Origin: Bacillota bacterium
Lineage (GTDB): Bacteria > Bacillota > Clostridia > Christensenellales > QALW01
Direction: 5' to 3'
Length of the DNA stretch: 52,156 bases
Assembly (NCBI GenBank): GCA_029007865.1
Contig: JAQXIQ010000015.1
Location: 1 to 52,156, forward strand
Part shown: positions 35,549 to 43,562 of the stretch, piece after piece
Position numbering within the stretch: position 1 is the stretch's first letter
Layout: each line of letters starts with the position of its first letter
Translations under genes and position numbers: made by a program
Notes under the pieces: generated by a model
Database searches by the model: none
What the model saw: only the letters and a program-made list of their open reading frames with translations
Told to the model about the DNA's origin: nothing

Positions 35549-36397
35549 TTGTATCCTTTCTCGGTGGGTATTCTTCTGGACTCCTTTCGCTGCGGCGCGC
35601 AGCAGGCGCTGAAAATGGCGGCGGAGGCCGGGGCGGCCGGCATACAGATATATGCCACAAGCGGTGAGTTTGCGCCGGAAAACATGTCAGGCGAAAAGCG
35701 CAGGGAGTTTTTGCTGCGCGTTAAGGATGCCGGGCTTACCGTGAGCGCGCTGTGCGGAGATCTGGGCATGGGCTTTGGCAACGAAAATGCCAATTACGGG
35801 CTTATCGAGCGTTCAAAGCGCATAATGGAGCTGGCGCGCGAGCTGGATACGAATGTTGTAACGACGCATATAGGGGTGGTGCCCGGGGACAGCTCTCACC
35901 CCAGATACCGAATTATGCAGGACGCCTGCGGGGCGCTTGCGGCTGCGGCGCATTCCATGGACGCTTATTTTGCGGTGGAAACGGGACCGGAGCCCTCCAT
36001 TGTGCTAAAAGGTTTCCTGGACGGTCTGGGCAGCGGCATAGCCGTCAATTTTGATCCGGCAAACCTGGTTATGGTGTGCGGAGAAAAGCCCGCGGAGGCG
36101 GTGAACAACCTTAAGGATTATATAGTCCACACTCACGCAAAGGACGGCAGGCAGCTTTTTTTCAAGGAGCCGGAGAAAATATACGGACTGGAGCCGGACG
36201 ATCAGGCGCCGTCGTTTATCGAAACGCCGCTGGGTGAGGGGGATGTGAATTTCCCGGAATATCTGCGGGCGCTTTATGATGCGGGTTATGCGGGCTTTCT
36301 TACAGTTGAACGCGAGACAGGGGAAAAACCGGCGGAGGATATACGCGCGGCTGCGGATTTCCTGCACAGGCTGATTTTAAGCGGCCCGGCGGATTAG
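35549..36397 (+). CDS. Sugar phosphate isomerase/epimerase (xylose-isomerase-like TIM barrel)
   Basis: TTG start after GGTGA. Family-typical stretches are present: VTTHIG, AVETGPEP, VNFDPANL, HTHAKDG and LTVERE. Confidence 0.85.
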   Translation: MYPFSVGILLDSFRCGAQQALKMAAEAGAAGIQIYATSGEFAPENMSGEKRREFLLRVKDAGLTVSALCGDLGMGFGNENANYGLIERSKRIMELARELDTNVVTTHIGVVPGDSSHPRYRIMQDACGALAAAAHSMDAYFAVETGPEPSIVLKGFLDGLGSGIAVNFDPANLVMVCGEKPAEAVNNLKDYIVHTHAKDGRQLFFKEPEKIYGLEPDDQAPSFIETPLGEGDVNFPEYLRALYDAGYAGFLTVERETGEKPAEDIRAAADFLHRLILSGPAD

Positions 36398-36435
36398 CGG
36401 GGAACCTACGGACTAGCCGGGAACATACGGATTAG
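36387..36435 (+). repeat. About 2.5 tandem copies of a 19-nt unit spanning the stop codon of the preceding gene
   Basis: ..CGGATTAG | CGGGGAACCTACGGACTAG (36398-36416) | CCGGGAACATACGGATTAG (36417-36435). Confidence 0.6.
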
Positions 36436-36738
36436 CGGCGCGGATTTTGTCGGTTTTGTGTGCGCTTAATGATGCGGATTCCGGACAGGGTGTTGCAACT
36501 GCATATCGCGGGCAAGCAAAAAGTCCGGGCATTGTGCAGGCATAATAAACCCATAATAAGCCGTGCAATGCTGAATATTTCGTTATTTTATCAAAAAAAT
36601 AGTCGCCTCGTACTTGACATTTCAATGCAAATATTATAGTATTATATAGGTTATATTGTCGGGCATTAAAGCCGCTGTTCAGGCAGTCCGGCATATAATG
36701 CAGTATTATATTTATTATATTATCAGGAGGAGATACAT

Positions 36739-37230
36739 ATGGCAAACTGCACAAAGTGCGGCGCTGAGCTCGGTGCCGACACCAGATTCTGCCCTGCCTG
36801 CGGAGCTGCCGTACAGGGAGACAACAACGCACAGTACCAGAACACACAATATCAGGCGGCACCCGTTGCGCCCGCTGCTCCGCCGGCATGGGATCATACC
36901 GCTGAATTTGATCCCAAGGACATCTCCGATAACAAGGTTCTTGCAATGCTTGGTTATCTGATGGGCTGGCTGGGCGTTATTCTGCAGCTTCTTGCAAGCA
37001 ATAATTCCCCCTATGTCAGGTTCCATATGCGCCAGACCATGAAGCTCATGGTGGTTAATGTGCTGCTGGGCATCGTAATGGCCCTCCTTTTATGGACAGT
37101 CATCGTACCCATCGCAGGCGCCGTAATGATGTGCGTGTTCTATGTTATCAATATCATCTGCTTCTTCCAGGTGTGCTCCGGCAAGGCTAAGGAGCCCGCT
37201 ATCATCCGCAGCCTCGGTTTCTTCAAGTAA
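36739..37230 (+). CDS. Zinc-ribbon plus DUF4870-like membrane protein
   Basis: AGGAGG RBS. N-terminal zinc ribbon CTKCGAELGADTRFCPACG, a Q/A/P-rich linker, then a TM region KVLAMLGYLMGWLGVILQLL..RFHMRQTMKLMVVNVLL. Confidence 0.8.
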   Translation: MANCTKCGAELGADTRFCPACGAAVQGDNNAQYQNTQYQAAPVAPAAPPAWDHTAEFDPKDISDNKVLAMLGYLMGWLGVILQLLASNNSPYVRFHMRQTMKLMVVNVLLGIVMALLLWTVIVPIAGAVMMCVFYVINIICFFQVCSGKAKEPAIIRSLGFFK

Positions 37231-37260
37231 TAAACCGGGTACCGGCAACAAAGTGGATAT

Positions 37261-37299
37261 CTGCCCAAGTGTTTTTGAGTACACCTGGGCAGTTTTTTT
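37261..37299 (+). terminator. Rho-independent terminator
   Basis: Stem CTGCCCAAGTG / CACCTGGGCAG (one G-U pair), followed by TTTTTTT. Confidence 0.75.
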
Positions 37300-37425
37300 A
37301 TGCCGGAGCTATCGGCGGTATCAAGCGGCGTTATTGCGGACCCCGGCGTAGCGATAAAGCCTGGGTACAGTAAAAGCAAAGGAGCCCGTGAGGGCACCTA
37401 CCGTAAAGCAGTTTTTTATCAATAT

Positions 37426-37455
37426 CAAAAGGGACGAGGTTTTCTCGTCCCTTTT
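37426..37455. terminator. Bidirectional rho-independent terminator
   Basis: CAAAA-GGGACGAG-GTTTT-CTCGTCCC-TTTTG. The 8-bp GC stem has an A-run on one side and a T-run on the other. Confidence 0.75.
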
Positions 37456-37465
37456 GCACACTTCC

Positions 37466-37493
37466 TTGCCTGCAAGGTATAGTGTGTTATACT
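37466..37493 (+). promoter_or_regulatory. Sigma-A-type promoter candidate with extended -10, pointing into the hairpin/7-mer array
   Basis: TTGCCT (37466-37471), 16-nt spacer ending in TGT, then TATACT (37488-37493), giving TGnTATACT. Confidence 0.4.
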
Positions 37494-37519
37494 ATGTTTT
37501 ATTTTTGGGTGGTAAAGGA

Positions 37520-37693
37520 GTGATGTTTTTGCTCACGCAAAAGTGATGTTACTCACTTCGTTCATAATGATGTTGCTCCCGATGGTCGCGAGTGATGTGA
37601 TGCTTGCCCACTGTGCCGAAGGCACAACATCATTGCCGTAGGCTACATCATTAGGCGAAGCCGACATCACTTGCCCGTAAGGACAAACATCGT
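37520..37693. repeat. Mirror array of four (G/A)TGATGT motifs, a central hairpin, and four ACATC(A/G)(C/T) motifs
   Basis: Forward copies start at 37520, 37543, 37567 and 37592. The central hairpin is TGTGCC-GAA-GGCACA (37612-37626). Inverted copies start at 37627, 37645, 37664 and 37687. Small hairpins lie between motifs at 37527-37542, 37635-37643 and 37654-37662. Confidence 0.8.
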
Positions 37694-37752
37694 TCGGCAG
37701 ACCTGCTTTATCGCAGGTTGCCGTGCGGCCTGCTTTTGCTGTTATATGCTGC

Positions 37753-38670
37753 CTATCTGATCTCATCCAGGCTGTACGGCGTTTCCTGATATACGCAATA
37801 GTTGAGCCAGTTGCAGAACAGCAGGTTTGCATGTCCCTTCCATCTGACCTCGGGCCGGAGTGACGGGTCGTCATCGGGGAAATAATTTGCCGGAATATCC
37901 GGATTTATGCCCTTGTTAAGGTCGCGCCTGTACTCCAGCGCCAATGTATCGGCGTCATACTCGGGATGCCCGGTAACGTAGACCTCGCGGCCTCCTCTGC
38001 CCTCCACCAGATACACTCCGGCCTCCTCCGACCAGGCAAGCACGGTAAGCTCCGGATGCTGCTCTATATCCTCCCTGCGCACCGTGGTATAGCGGGAATG
38101 CGGAGCAAAAAACACATCGTCAAAGCCGCGTATCAGCTTGCGCGCAAGGGGCACGGTGTGATGCAGATAAACGCCGGAAAGCTTTTTGTCCATGAGCTCC
38201 TTGTTTACCCCGTAATTATAATAAAGCCCGGCCTGAGCACCCCAGCAGATATACAGCGTGGAAAAGACGTTGGTATGAGACCAGGTGATCAGCTTTTTCA
38301 GCTCCTCCCAGTAGTTGACCTCGTCGAAGTCCTTTTTCTCCACCGGAGCGCCCGTGATTATCAGACCGTCGAATTTATCCTGTTTTACATCGTTGAAGGT
38401 GCGGTAAAAGCTCTTCAGATGCTCCGCTGCCGTATTTTTGGAGACATGGCTCTCCGGGTGCAGCAGAGTGATATCCACCTGCAGGGGAGTATTGCCCAGC
38501 AAGCGCAGGAGCTGCGTTTCGGTGACCTCTTTGGTGGGCATTATGTTGAAAATGGCTATTTTAAGGGGGCGTATATCCTGAGACGCCGCCCTCTCTCCCG
38601 ACATTACAAATATATTTTCCCGCGTAAGAACTGCAAATGCTGGGAGTTTTTCATCAATACGTACCGGCAT
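37753..38670 (-). CDS. metA: Homoserine O-acyltransferase (MetA family)
   Basis: [58 protein letters not shown] is the canonical MetA N-terminus. The YICWGAQA active-site region is present. Confidence 0.95.
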   Translation of the reverse strand: MPVRIDEKLPAFAVLTRENIFVMSGERAASQDIRPLKIAIFNIMPTKEVTETQLLRLLGNTPLQVDITLLHPESHVSKNTAAEHLKSFYRTFNDVKQDKFDGLIITGAPVEKKDFDEVNYWEELKKLITWSHTNVFSTLYICWGAQAGLYYNYGVNKELMDKKLSGVYLHHTVPLARKLIRGFDDVFFAPHSRYTTVRREDIEQHPELTVLAWSEEAGVYLVEGRGGREVYVTGHPEYDADTLALEYRRDLNKGINPDIPANYFPDDDPSLRPEVRWKGHANLLFCNWLNYCVYQETPYSLDEIR

Positions 38671-38707
38671 TACTTATACCCAAGGAGCCTTTGCTCCGTC
38701 CTGTCCT

Positions 38708-39925
38708 TTATTTTTTCGCGCCGCTCAGCCTTTCACCGTAGCGCGCAAGTATCTCGGAATCATACGCATACTCGTTGTTTTTGCCCTCGTCATAGGCCAC
38801 CATAGCAAGCTCTATCAGTCTGTCCAGCAGCTTGGTGTAGCTCATCCCCTTAGGCTCCCACAGATAGTATGCGAAGGACCCCGGAATTGTATTTATCTCG
38901 TTGATATAAAGCGTATTACTGCTCTTATCCAGTATGTAATCTATACGCACAACGCCCTTGCAGTCTAACAGGCGGAAAGCTTCGACAGTATATTTTTCCA
39001 CCAAGGCAGTCATTTCCGGGCTTATAGGCGCAGGTATCCTGCGTGCCAGAGCCGCCATTCCGTCGGCTCCGCCGGAACCGCCCTTGCTTCCCTTGCCGCT
39101 TTTGCCGCCGCGCATATACTTTTCGTCATAGGTAAGGAATTCCTCCCAGGTTACGGGCATCTCGCATACGCCGGTCTGCACGTCAGAGCCGAAGCCCATT
39201 GCGGAGCAGTTGATTTCCTCCAGCGACGCCACTCCCTGCTCCACCAGAATACGCCTGTCATAATGAGACGCCACACGGATGGCCTCCTCCAGCTGCGCCC
39301 TGTTGTTCGCCTTGCTGATGCCTATAGAGGAGCCCAGATTGGCCGGCTTTACAAACATCGGGTAGGACAGAGCCGCTTCGGCGCTGTCCAGATGCTGCTC
39401 CATGCAGCTCTCCAGCGTGCCGCGGTCGAAATATATATACGGAAGCACAGGCAGTCCCGCGCCCTTGAAGGCAGCCTTCATAAGTATTTTGTCCATGCCC
39501 GCCGCGCTGCCCAGCACTCCGCAGCTTGTATAAGGCACAGCCGCAAGCTCCAGCAAACCCTGCAGCGTACCGTCCTCACCGTGAAGCCCGTGCATGGCCG
39601 GTATGGCAACATCTATGGTTGCAATGACGCGCTCCTCTTTTTTGAACAGCCCGCCCTTTTTGGCATCGTAGCGGTAGAGCTGTCTTGCCCGTGCATTGGC
39701 CGGAAGATAGCATCTGGTCAGCTCCGGATCCGCCGGATCGAAGTTTCTCACCGCGTCAACGCTTTTAAGCTTTTCTCCGGTAAACCAGTCTCCGTTTCTG
39801 GTGATATAAACCGGTATTATCTCATACTTGCTTTTATCGATATTTTCCATAAGCTGAAGCGCGGTAACCACAGATACATCGTGCTCAACGCTTTTTCCTC
39901 CGAAGAAAACAGCCACTTTAAGCAT
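38708..39925 (-). CDS. ddl: D-alanine--D-alanine ligase with a Gly/Ser/Lys-rich insertion after the omega-loop
   Basis: MLKVAVFFGGKSVEHDVSVVTA.., ATP-grasp motifs, and the omega-loop YDEKY with the Tyr retained. The insert is GGKSGKGSKGGSGGADGMAAL. Confidence 0.95.
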   Translation of the reverse strand: MLKVAVFFGGKSVEHDVSVVTALQLMENIDKSKYEIIPVYITRNGDWFTGEKLKSVDAVRNFDPADPELTRCYLPANARARQLYRYDAKKGGLFKKEERVIATIDVAIPAMHGLHGEDGTLQGLLELAAVPYTSCGVLGSAAGMDKILMKAAFKGAGLPVLPYIYFDRGTLESCMEQHLDSAEAALSYPMFVKPANLGSSIGISKANNRAQLEEAIRVASHYDRRILVEQGVASLEEINCSAMGFGSDVQTGVCEMPVTWEEFLTYDEKYMRGGKSGKGSKGGSGGADGMAALARRIPAPISPEMTALVEKYTVEAFRLLDCKGVVRIDYILDKSSNTLYINEINTIPGSFAYYLWEPKGMSYTKLLDRLIELAMVAYDEGKNNEYAYDSEILARYGERLSGAKK

Positions 39926-40059
39926 AAAAACAAACCTCTCTTAAATATTTTCTGACGCCGCTTTATCCCTGCGCGCATCCGGGCGGGGTGATACTTTTGC
40001 GGCGCGAAAGCCCGCTGCCGTGCCGGAACCGCGGGATACCGCCGTCCCGTACGCCGATA

Positions 40060-40088
40060 TTTATATATCAAAACCCCGCAAATGTCAA
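40060..40088 (-). promoter_or_regulatory. Sigma-A-type promoter candidate for ddl-metA
   Basis: Minus strand: TTGACA (40088-40083, overlapping the murF-like stop codon), 17-nt spacer, TATAAA (40065-40060). It predicts a GC-rich leader of ~125 nt. Confidence 0.55.
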
Positions 40089-41656
40089 TAGTTATCGGGC
40101 AGATCGTTTTCAAACAGCACCGTGTCCCCTGCTCTGCCCATTCTGCCTATATAATCCGAAGCCTCCGCAAGGGACGCAACCCGGATGATATTCTGCTCAT
40201 TAAAGCCCGCCTCAAGCAGTCCCTGACCGATGGCCGCGGTACGCGCACCCACCAACACCGCAACATCGGCCGCCTCCGCTATCTGACTGCCGAATATCCT
40301 GTGGTATTCCTCCTGCTTCTGTCCCAGTTCCACAAAGCCCGGAGTAACTATTATCCTCCTGCCCGGAAAGCTGCCCAGCACCGCAAGCGCCGCTTTGGCT
40401 CCGTCCGGGCTGGAATTGAACGCATCGTCAATGACGGTAACCGGTCTGCGGCTGACTATCTGAAGCCGGTGTTCAACAGGCTTGAGCTTGGCTATGCCGC
40501 GGGCTATCTGCTCCATGGTCAGCCCCATTTTATAGGCTACCGCCGCGCAGCCTACAATGTTCTGCACGTTATGCATCCCCAGCAGAGCCGTTGTGCAAAA
40601 CACGCTTTCGCCCTCCTGATTGACAAGCGCAAAGCAGGAGCCGTCCGGCCCTACGGTAAGGTTTTCGGCGTGCATATAGCATTCCCTGTTGACGGCAAAG
40701 GCATAGGCGCTGCACTTGTCCTGAGCCATGGCAAGCATTCTCTCGGTGTACTCATTCCCAAGTGGGAAAAACGCAGCGTCCTTGACCGCTTCTATCAGCT
40801 CAAATTTACCCTTGACTATGTTTTCCATGGTGCCGAAGGTCTCCAGGTGCTGAGGGCCTATTGAGGTTATTATGCCGATATCCGGCTTTACAAAGCTGCA
40901 TATCTCCCTTATGTCGCCAAGATGACGGGAGCCCATTTCACAGATAAACACCTGGTCGTCGGTCTGCAGCCGCTCCCTGATAACCCTTACAACTCCCAGC
41001 GTAGTATTGTAGCTGGAGGGCGGAGTAAGCACGGAATACTTTTCGCTCAGTATGGTGGAAAGCAGGAATTTGGTGCTGGTTTTACCGTAAGAGCCGGTAA
41101 TTCCGATGATTTTAAGGTCCTCTCTGGAGGCTAATATCTTTTTGGCGTCATTTATATAATAGCGGCGCACTGCATATTCAAGCGGCTTTGTAACAAGGCC
41201 TGCGGCAAATGTTATAAAGGGCATAAGCGCAGGCATAAGCCCGAAAAGTCCGCAAAGACGGCCGCCCTCCGCCGCAAAAGCCACCCCGGCCGCAACGGCT
41301 GCAAGCAGTATTCCCTGCGCCGCTGTCAGGCGCTTTATTCTTGCCGTGACCGCGAGCGACTTTTTGGCATTGGTCTGCAAAAGCAGTCTTTTGCCCACAA
41401 GATATACCGCAACGGCCTCAAGGGGCAGAATGATCATGCTTATATAATCAAAGGGTATAAGAGCAAGCAGTCCGATAAGTGCCGCAAGCGCAAAGCAATA
41501 CCATTTTTTCAGCATAAAGCGGCTGTAGCCTGCCAGATAGTACGATTCCAGCTGCAAAAAGTGCAGATAATACTTGCTTGCGCTCAGCATAGCGGCAATC
41601 AGCAGCAGCAAACCGACGCAGTTACCCGCAATCTTTATATATTCCACGGTCATCAC
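40085..41656 (-). CDS. murF: MurF-like Mur ligase (UDP-MurNAc-tripeptide--D-Ala-D-Ala ligase family) with an N-terminal 4-5 TM membrane domain
   Basis: P-loop GITGSYGKTSTK. MurF-like SSYNTTLGV, EMGSRHLGDI, SIGPQHLE and DDAFNSSP are present. The first ~165 aa are hydrophobic helices instead of the usual soluble N-domain. The start is GTG 41656 or ATG 41653. Confidence 0.85.
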   Translation of the reverse strand: MMTVEYIKIAGNCVGLLLLIAAMLSASKYYLHFLQLESYYLAGYSRFMLKKWYCFALAALIGLLALIPFDYISMIILPLEAVAVYLVGKRLLLQTNAKKSLAVTARIKRLTAAQGILLAAVAAGVAFAAEGGRLCGLFGLMPALMPFITFAAGLVTKPLEYAVRRYYINDAKKILASREDLKIIGITGSYGKTSTKFLLSTILSEKYSVLTPPSSYNTTLGVVRVIRERLQTDDQVFICEMGSRHLGDIREICSFVKPDIGIITSIGPQHLETFGTMENIVKGKFELIEAVKDAAFFPLGNEYTERMLAMAQDKCSAYAFAVNRECYMHAENLTVGPDGSCFALVNQEGESVFCTTALLGMHNVQNIVGCAAVAYKMGLTMEQIARGIAKLKPVEHRLQIVSRRPVTVIDDAFNSSPDGAKAALAVLGSFPGRRIIVTPGFVELGQKQEEYHRIFGSQIAEAADVAVLVGARTAAIGQGLLEAGFNEQNIIRVASLAEASDYIGRMGRAGDTVLFENDLPDNY

Positions 41657-42417
41657 CCCATTTGTGTTGTATTAAAGAATGATTCAAGTATTGCCTCAGT
41701 TTTGGCAAAATCCTCGGCAAAAGCATAGTGTCCGCGCCCGTTATAAAGCACAAGCGCCGCATCCGGGATCCTTTTTTCCATGATCCTGCCCATATACAGC
41801 GGCGTATCGGTGTCGTTTTCGCCCCATATAAGCAGCGTGGGAACCCTTATCCCGTCAAGGCAGTCCGTAAGGTCCTCGTTTACTATGCGGGAAAAGGTTG
41901 CCTTCATCACCGGAGAGAGCTTTTTGTAATCCTCCGAGCCGTGACCGTTTTCAAAGCGCTTTCTGCGCTCCTGTGAAAACACCGGCAGTTTAAGGATCAG
42001 CTTGCCCAGCTTATACGTATATACTCTTATATAGTACCCTGCCCCCCGCTTTGGGCGTATACCCGAAGCGTCGCACAGCACTATGCGGTCAAAGAGCCTT
42101 GAGTAATTGCGGCTCATGGCAATTATTGTGCGCCCGCCGTTGCTGTGACCGAAAAAGCAGGCTTTTTTTATGCCCAGCTCATCGCATACGCCGGCCACAA
42201 TCGCCGCAAAATCTTCAATGCTGTACGGCGCCGAAGGCTCTGCCGTCTTCCCGTGTCCCGGGAGGTCTATCAGGGTTACGCGGTGGTTTTGCGCCAGCTT
42301 TTTTGCAAGAGGCATCAGAAGCTCGCTTCCGTAGCCCCAGCCGTGCAGCAATACGCAGTCGCTTCCCTCTCCGAGCTGCTCACAGTGTACCTCTAACGAA
42401 TCAATTATCAACCGCAT
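41653..42417 (-). CDS. Alpha/beta hydrolase
   Basis: MRLIIDSLEVH..CVLLHGWG, nucleophile elbow GHSNGG, and a distal GRGHYAF. The start at 42417 overlaps the rimI end by 17 nt. The longer track ORF was rejected. Confidence 0.8.
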   Translation of the reverse strand: MRLIIDSLEVHCEQLGEGSDCVLLHGWGYGSELLMPLAKKLAQNHRVTLIDLPGHGKTAEPSAPYSIEDFAAIVAGVCDELGIKKACFFGHSNGGRTIIAMSRNYSRLFDRIVLCDASGIRPKRGAGYYIRVYTYKLGKLILKLPVFSQERRKRFENGHGSEDYKKLSPVMKATFSRIVNEDLTDCLDGIRVPTLLIWGENDTDTPLYMGRIMEKRIPDAALVLYNGRGHYAFAEDFAKTEAILESFFNTTQMG

Positions 42418-42877
42418 CGGGATCCTCCGTCCAGTAAATCGCGGCATCCTCGCCGTCCTGATAATACCCCCTGCGTATTCCGGCGCATACAAAGCCGTGT
42501 TTTTCATAAAGTGAGCGCGCAACGGAATTGCTTACCCGCACCTCCAGGGTAAACCGCCGCATGCCCATGCCCGATGCCATCTCCAGCAGCCGGCCCACCA
42601 GCGCGTCGCCCACTCCCTTGCCCCGGAATTCCTTTGACACGTCGATGTTGGTGATATGTCCTTCATCCAGTATATGCCACAGGCCTCCGTATGCTATAAC
42701 CCTGCCGCAGTACAGAGCCACCACATACACCGCAACGGGATTTTCCAGCTCCCGCTCAAATGCCGCGCGGCTCCACGGGTCCTTAAAGGAACTCCGCTCG
42801 ATTTCGGCAACGCCGTCAATGTGTTCCGCCTGCAGAGCGGCAAACTCTATGCAGATCCCGCTTTTATCAATGAGCAT
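42401..42877 (-). CDS. rimI: Ribosomal-protein-alanine N-acetyltransferase (GNAT)
   Basis: IERSSFKDPWS.., GNAT motif A FRGKGVGDALV, and position directly after tsaB. ATG 42892 is an alternative start. Confidence 0.85.
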   Translation of the reverse strand: MLIDKSGICIEFAALQAEHIDGVAEIERSSFKDPWSRAAFERELENPVAVYVVALYCGRVIAYGGLWHILDEGHITNIDVSKEFRGKGVGDALVGRLLEMASGMGMRRFTLEVRVSNSVARSLYEKHGFVCAGIRRGYYQDGEDAAIYWTEDPDAVDN

Positions 42878-43562
42878 TGTGCTTTGCCTCATATTCCCGC
42901 TCGGCCTGCGACAGGCGCAGATATACCGCGTCCAGTTCAAAGCAGGAAACCAGTCTGTTTTCCTCTGCCATTCGGGCGGCGACCGCCGCCACACCGGCGG
43001 CGCGTTGGTACACCAGGGGCGCCGGTGCAAAATGGGCCATGCCGCCCAGCCGCTCTGCCGCGGTTTCCCTGTGCAGCCCGGCTCCGTCGCCGCAGAATAT
43101 CACCCCGGTATTAAGCCCCTGCAGAAAATCAAGCAGTTTCTCAAGGGCAACGGGAGCAGGCTCAAGCAGACAAGTACCGTCTTTGTAAACGGCGGTATAT
43201 ACCTGCCCACAGCGCGCATCCAACACCGGACAGACAACACAGCCCGGCGCAAATATGCCCTCTGCCGCCGCCTCCAGCGTGCTTACACCGGCACACGGCT
43301 TGTTAAAGGGCAGGGCGAGCCCTTTAACCGCATTTACCGCTATCCTGATGCCGGTAAACGAGCCCGGCCCGCTGCTGCAGGCAAAGACATCCACTTGCTC
43401 CGGTTTAAGAGAGCAGCTTGAAAGCACATTGTTAACCATGGGCATCACGGTTTTGGAATGTACCAGTCCGCAGCATACTGTCTGTTCCGCTATTATCTCC
43501 CCGTCACGGTAAACCGCAGCCGAACAGTACCGGCTGGCAGTATCAAGTGCAAGTATGATCAT
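42867..43562 (-). CDS. tsaB: tRNA N6-threonylcarbamoyladenosine biosynthesis protein TsaB
   Basis: MIILALDTASRYCSAAVY.. and ..GPGSFTGIRIAV. ATGA overlap with tsaE. Confidence 0.9.
   Translation of the reverse strand: MIILALDTASRYCSAAVYRDGEIIAEQTVCCGLVHSKTVMPMVNNVLSSCSLKPEQVDVFACSSGPGSFTGIRIAVNAVKGLALPFNKPCAGVSTLEAAAEGIFAPGCVVCPVLDARCGQVYTAVYKDGTCLLEPAPVALEKLLDFLQGLNTGVIFCGDGAGLHRETAAERLGGMAHFAPAPLVYQRAAGVAAVAARMAEENRLVSCFELDAVYLRLSQAEREYEAKHNAH

Noticed and set aside
37231-37299. ..CACCTGGGCAG resembles the 3' CCGCCTGGGCA box of ZTP (pfl) riboswitches.
   Set aside because: The upstream half of the ZTP motif is absent. The sequence lies directly after a stop codon and folds into a plain stem followed by T7, so it is a terminator.
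37523-37641. Mini-ORFs inside the 7-mer array: MFLLTQK* (37523-37546), overlapping by TGATG a 31-codon Met-rich ORF (MLLTSFIMMLLPMVASDVML.., 37546-37641). These were tempting as a Met-sensing leader peptide near metA.
   Set aside because: The GGAG is only 2 nt from the first ATG. The ORFs lie downstream of metA and are convergent to it, not in its leader. The TGATG overlaps are a by-product of the repeated GTGATGT motif. I keep this only as a remote possibility.
37612-37700. Spo0A-box-like heptamers (TGCCGAA at 37614-37620 and TTCGGCA at 37693-37699) in the array.
   Set aside because: There are only two loose matches to TGNCGAA in a GC-rich context, which is within chance expectation. They do not explain the eight-fold 7-mer pattern.
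39926-40060. GGCGGTATCCCGCGG in the ddl leader resembles the T-box core GGTGGTACCGCG.
   Set aside because: The match is imperfect. The leader is only ~125 nt, and I could not find a specifier loop, an AGAGA or GNUGGA element, or a terminator/antiterminator pair.
38708-41656. A Ddl paralog next to a MurF paralog, considered as a vancomycin-resistance (van-like) cluster.
   Set aside because: The Ddl omega-loop keeps the Tyr (YDEKY) that is characteristic of D-Ala-D-Ala ligases rather than D-Ala-D-Lac or D-Ser ligases. No vanH, vanX, vanR or vanS-like genes are present.
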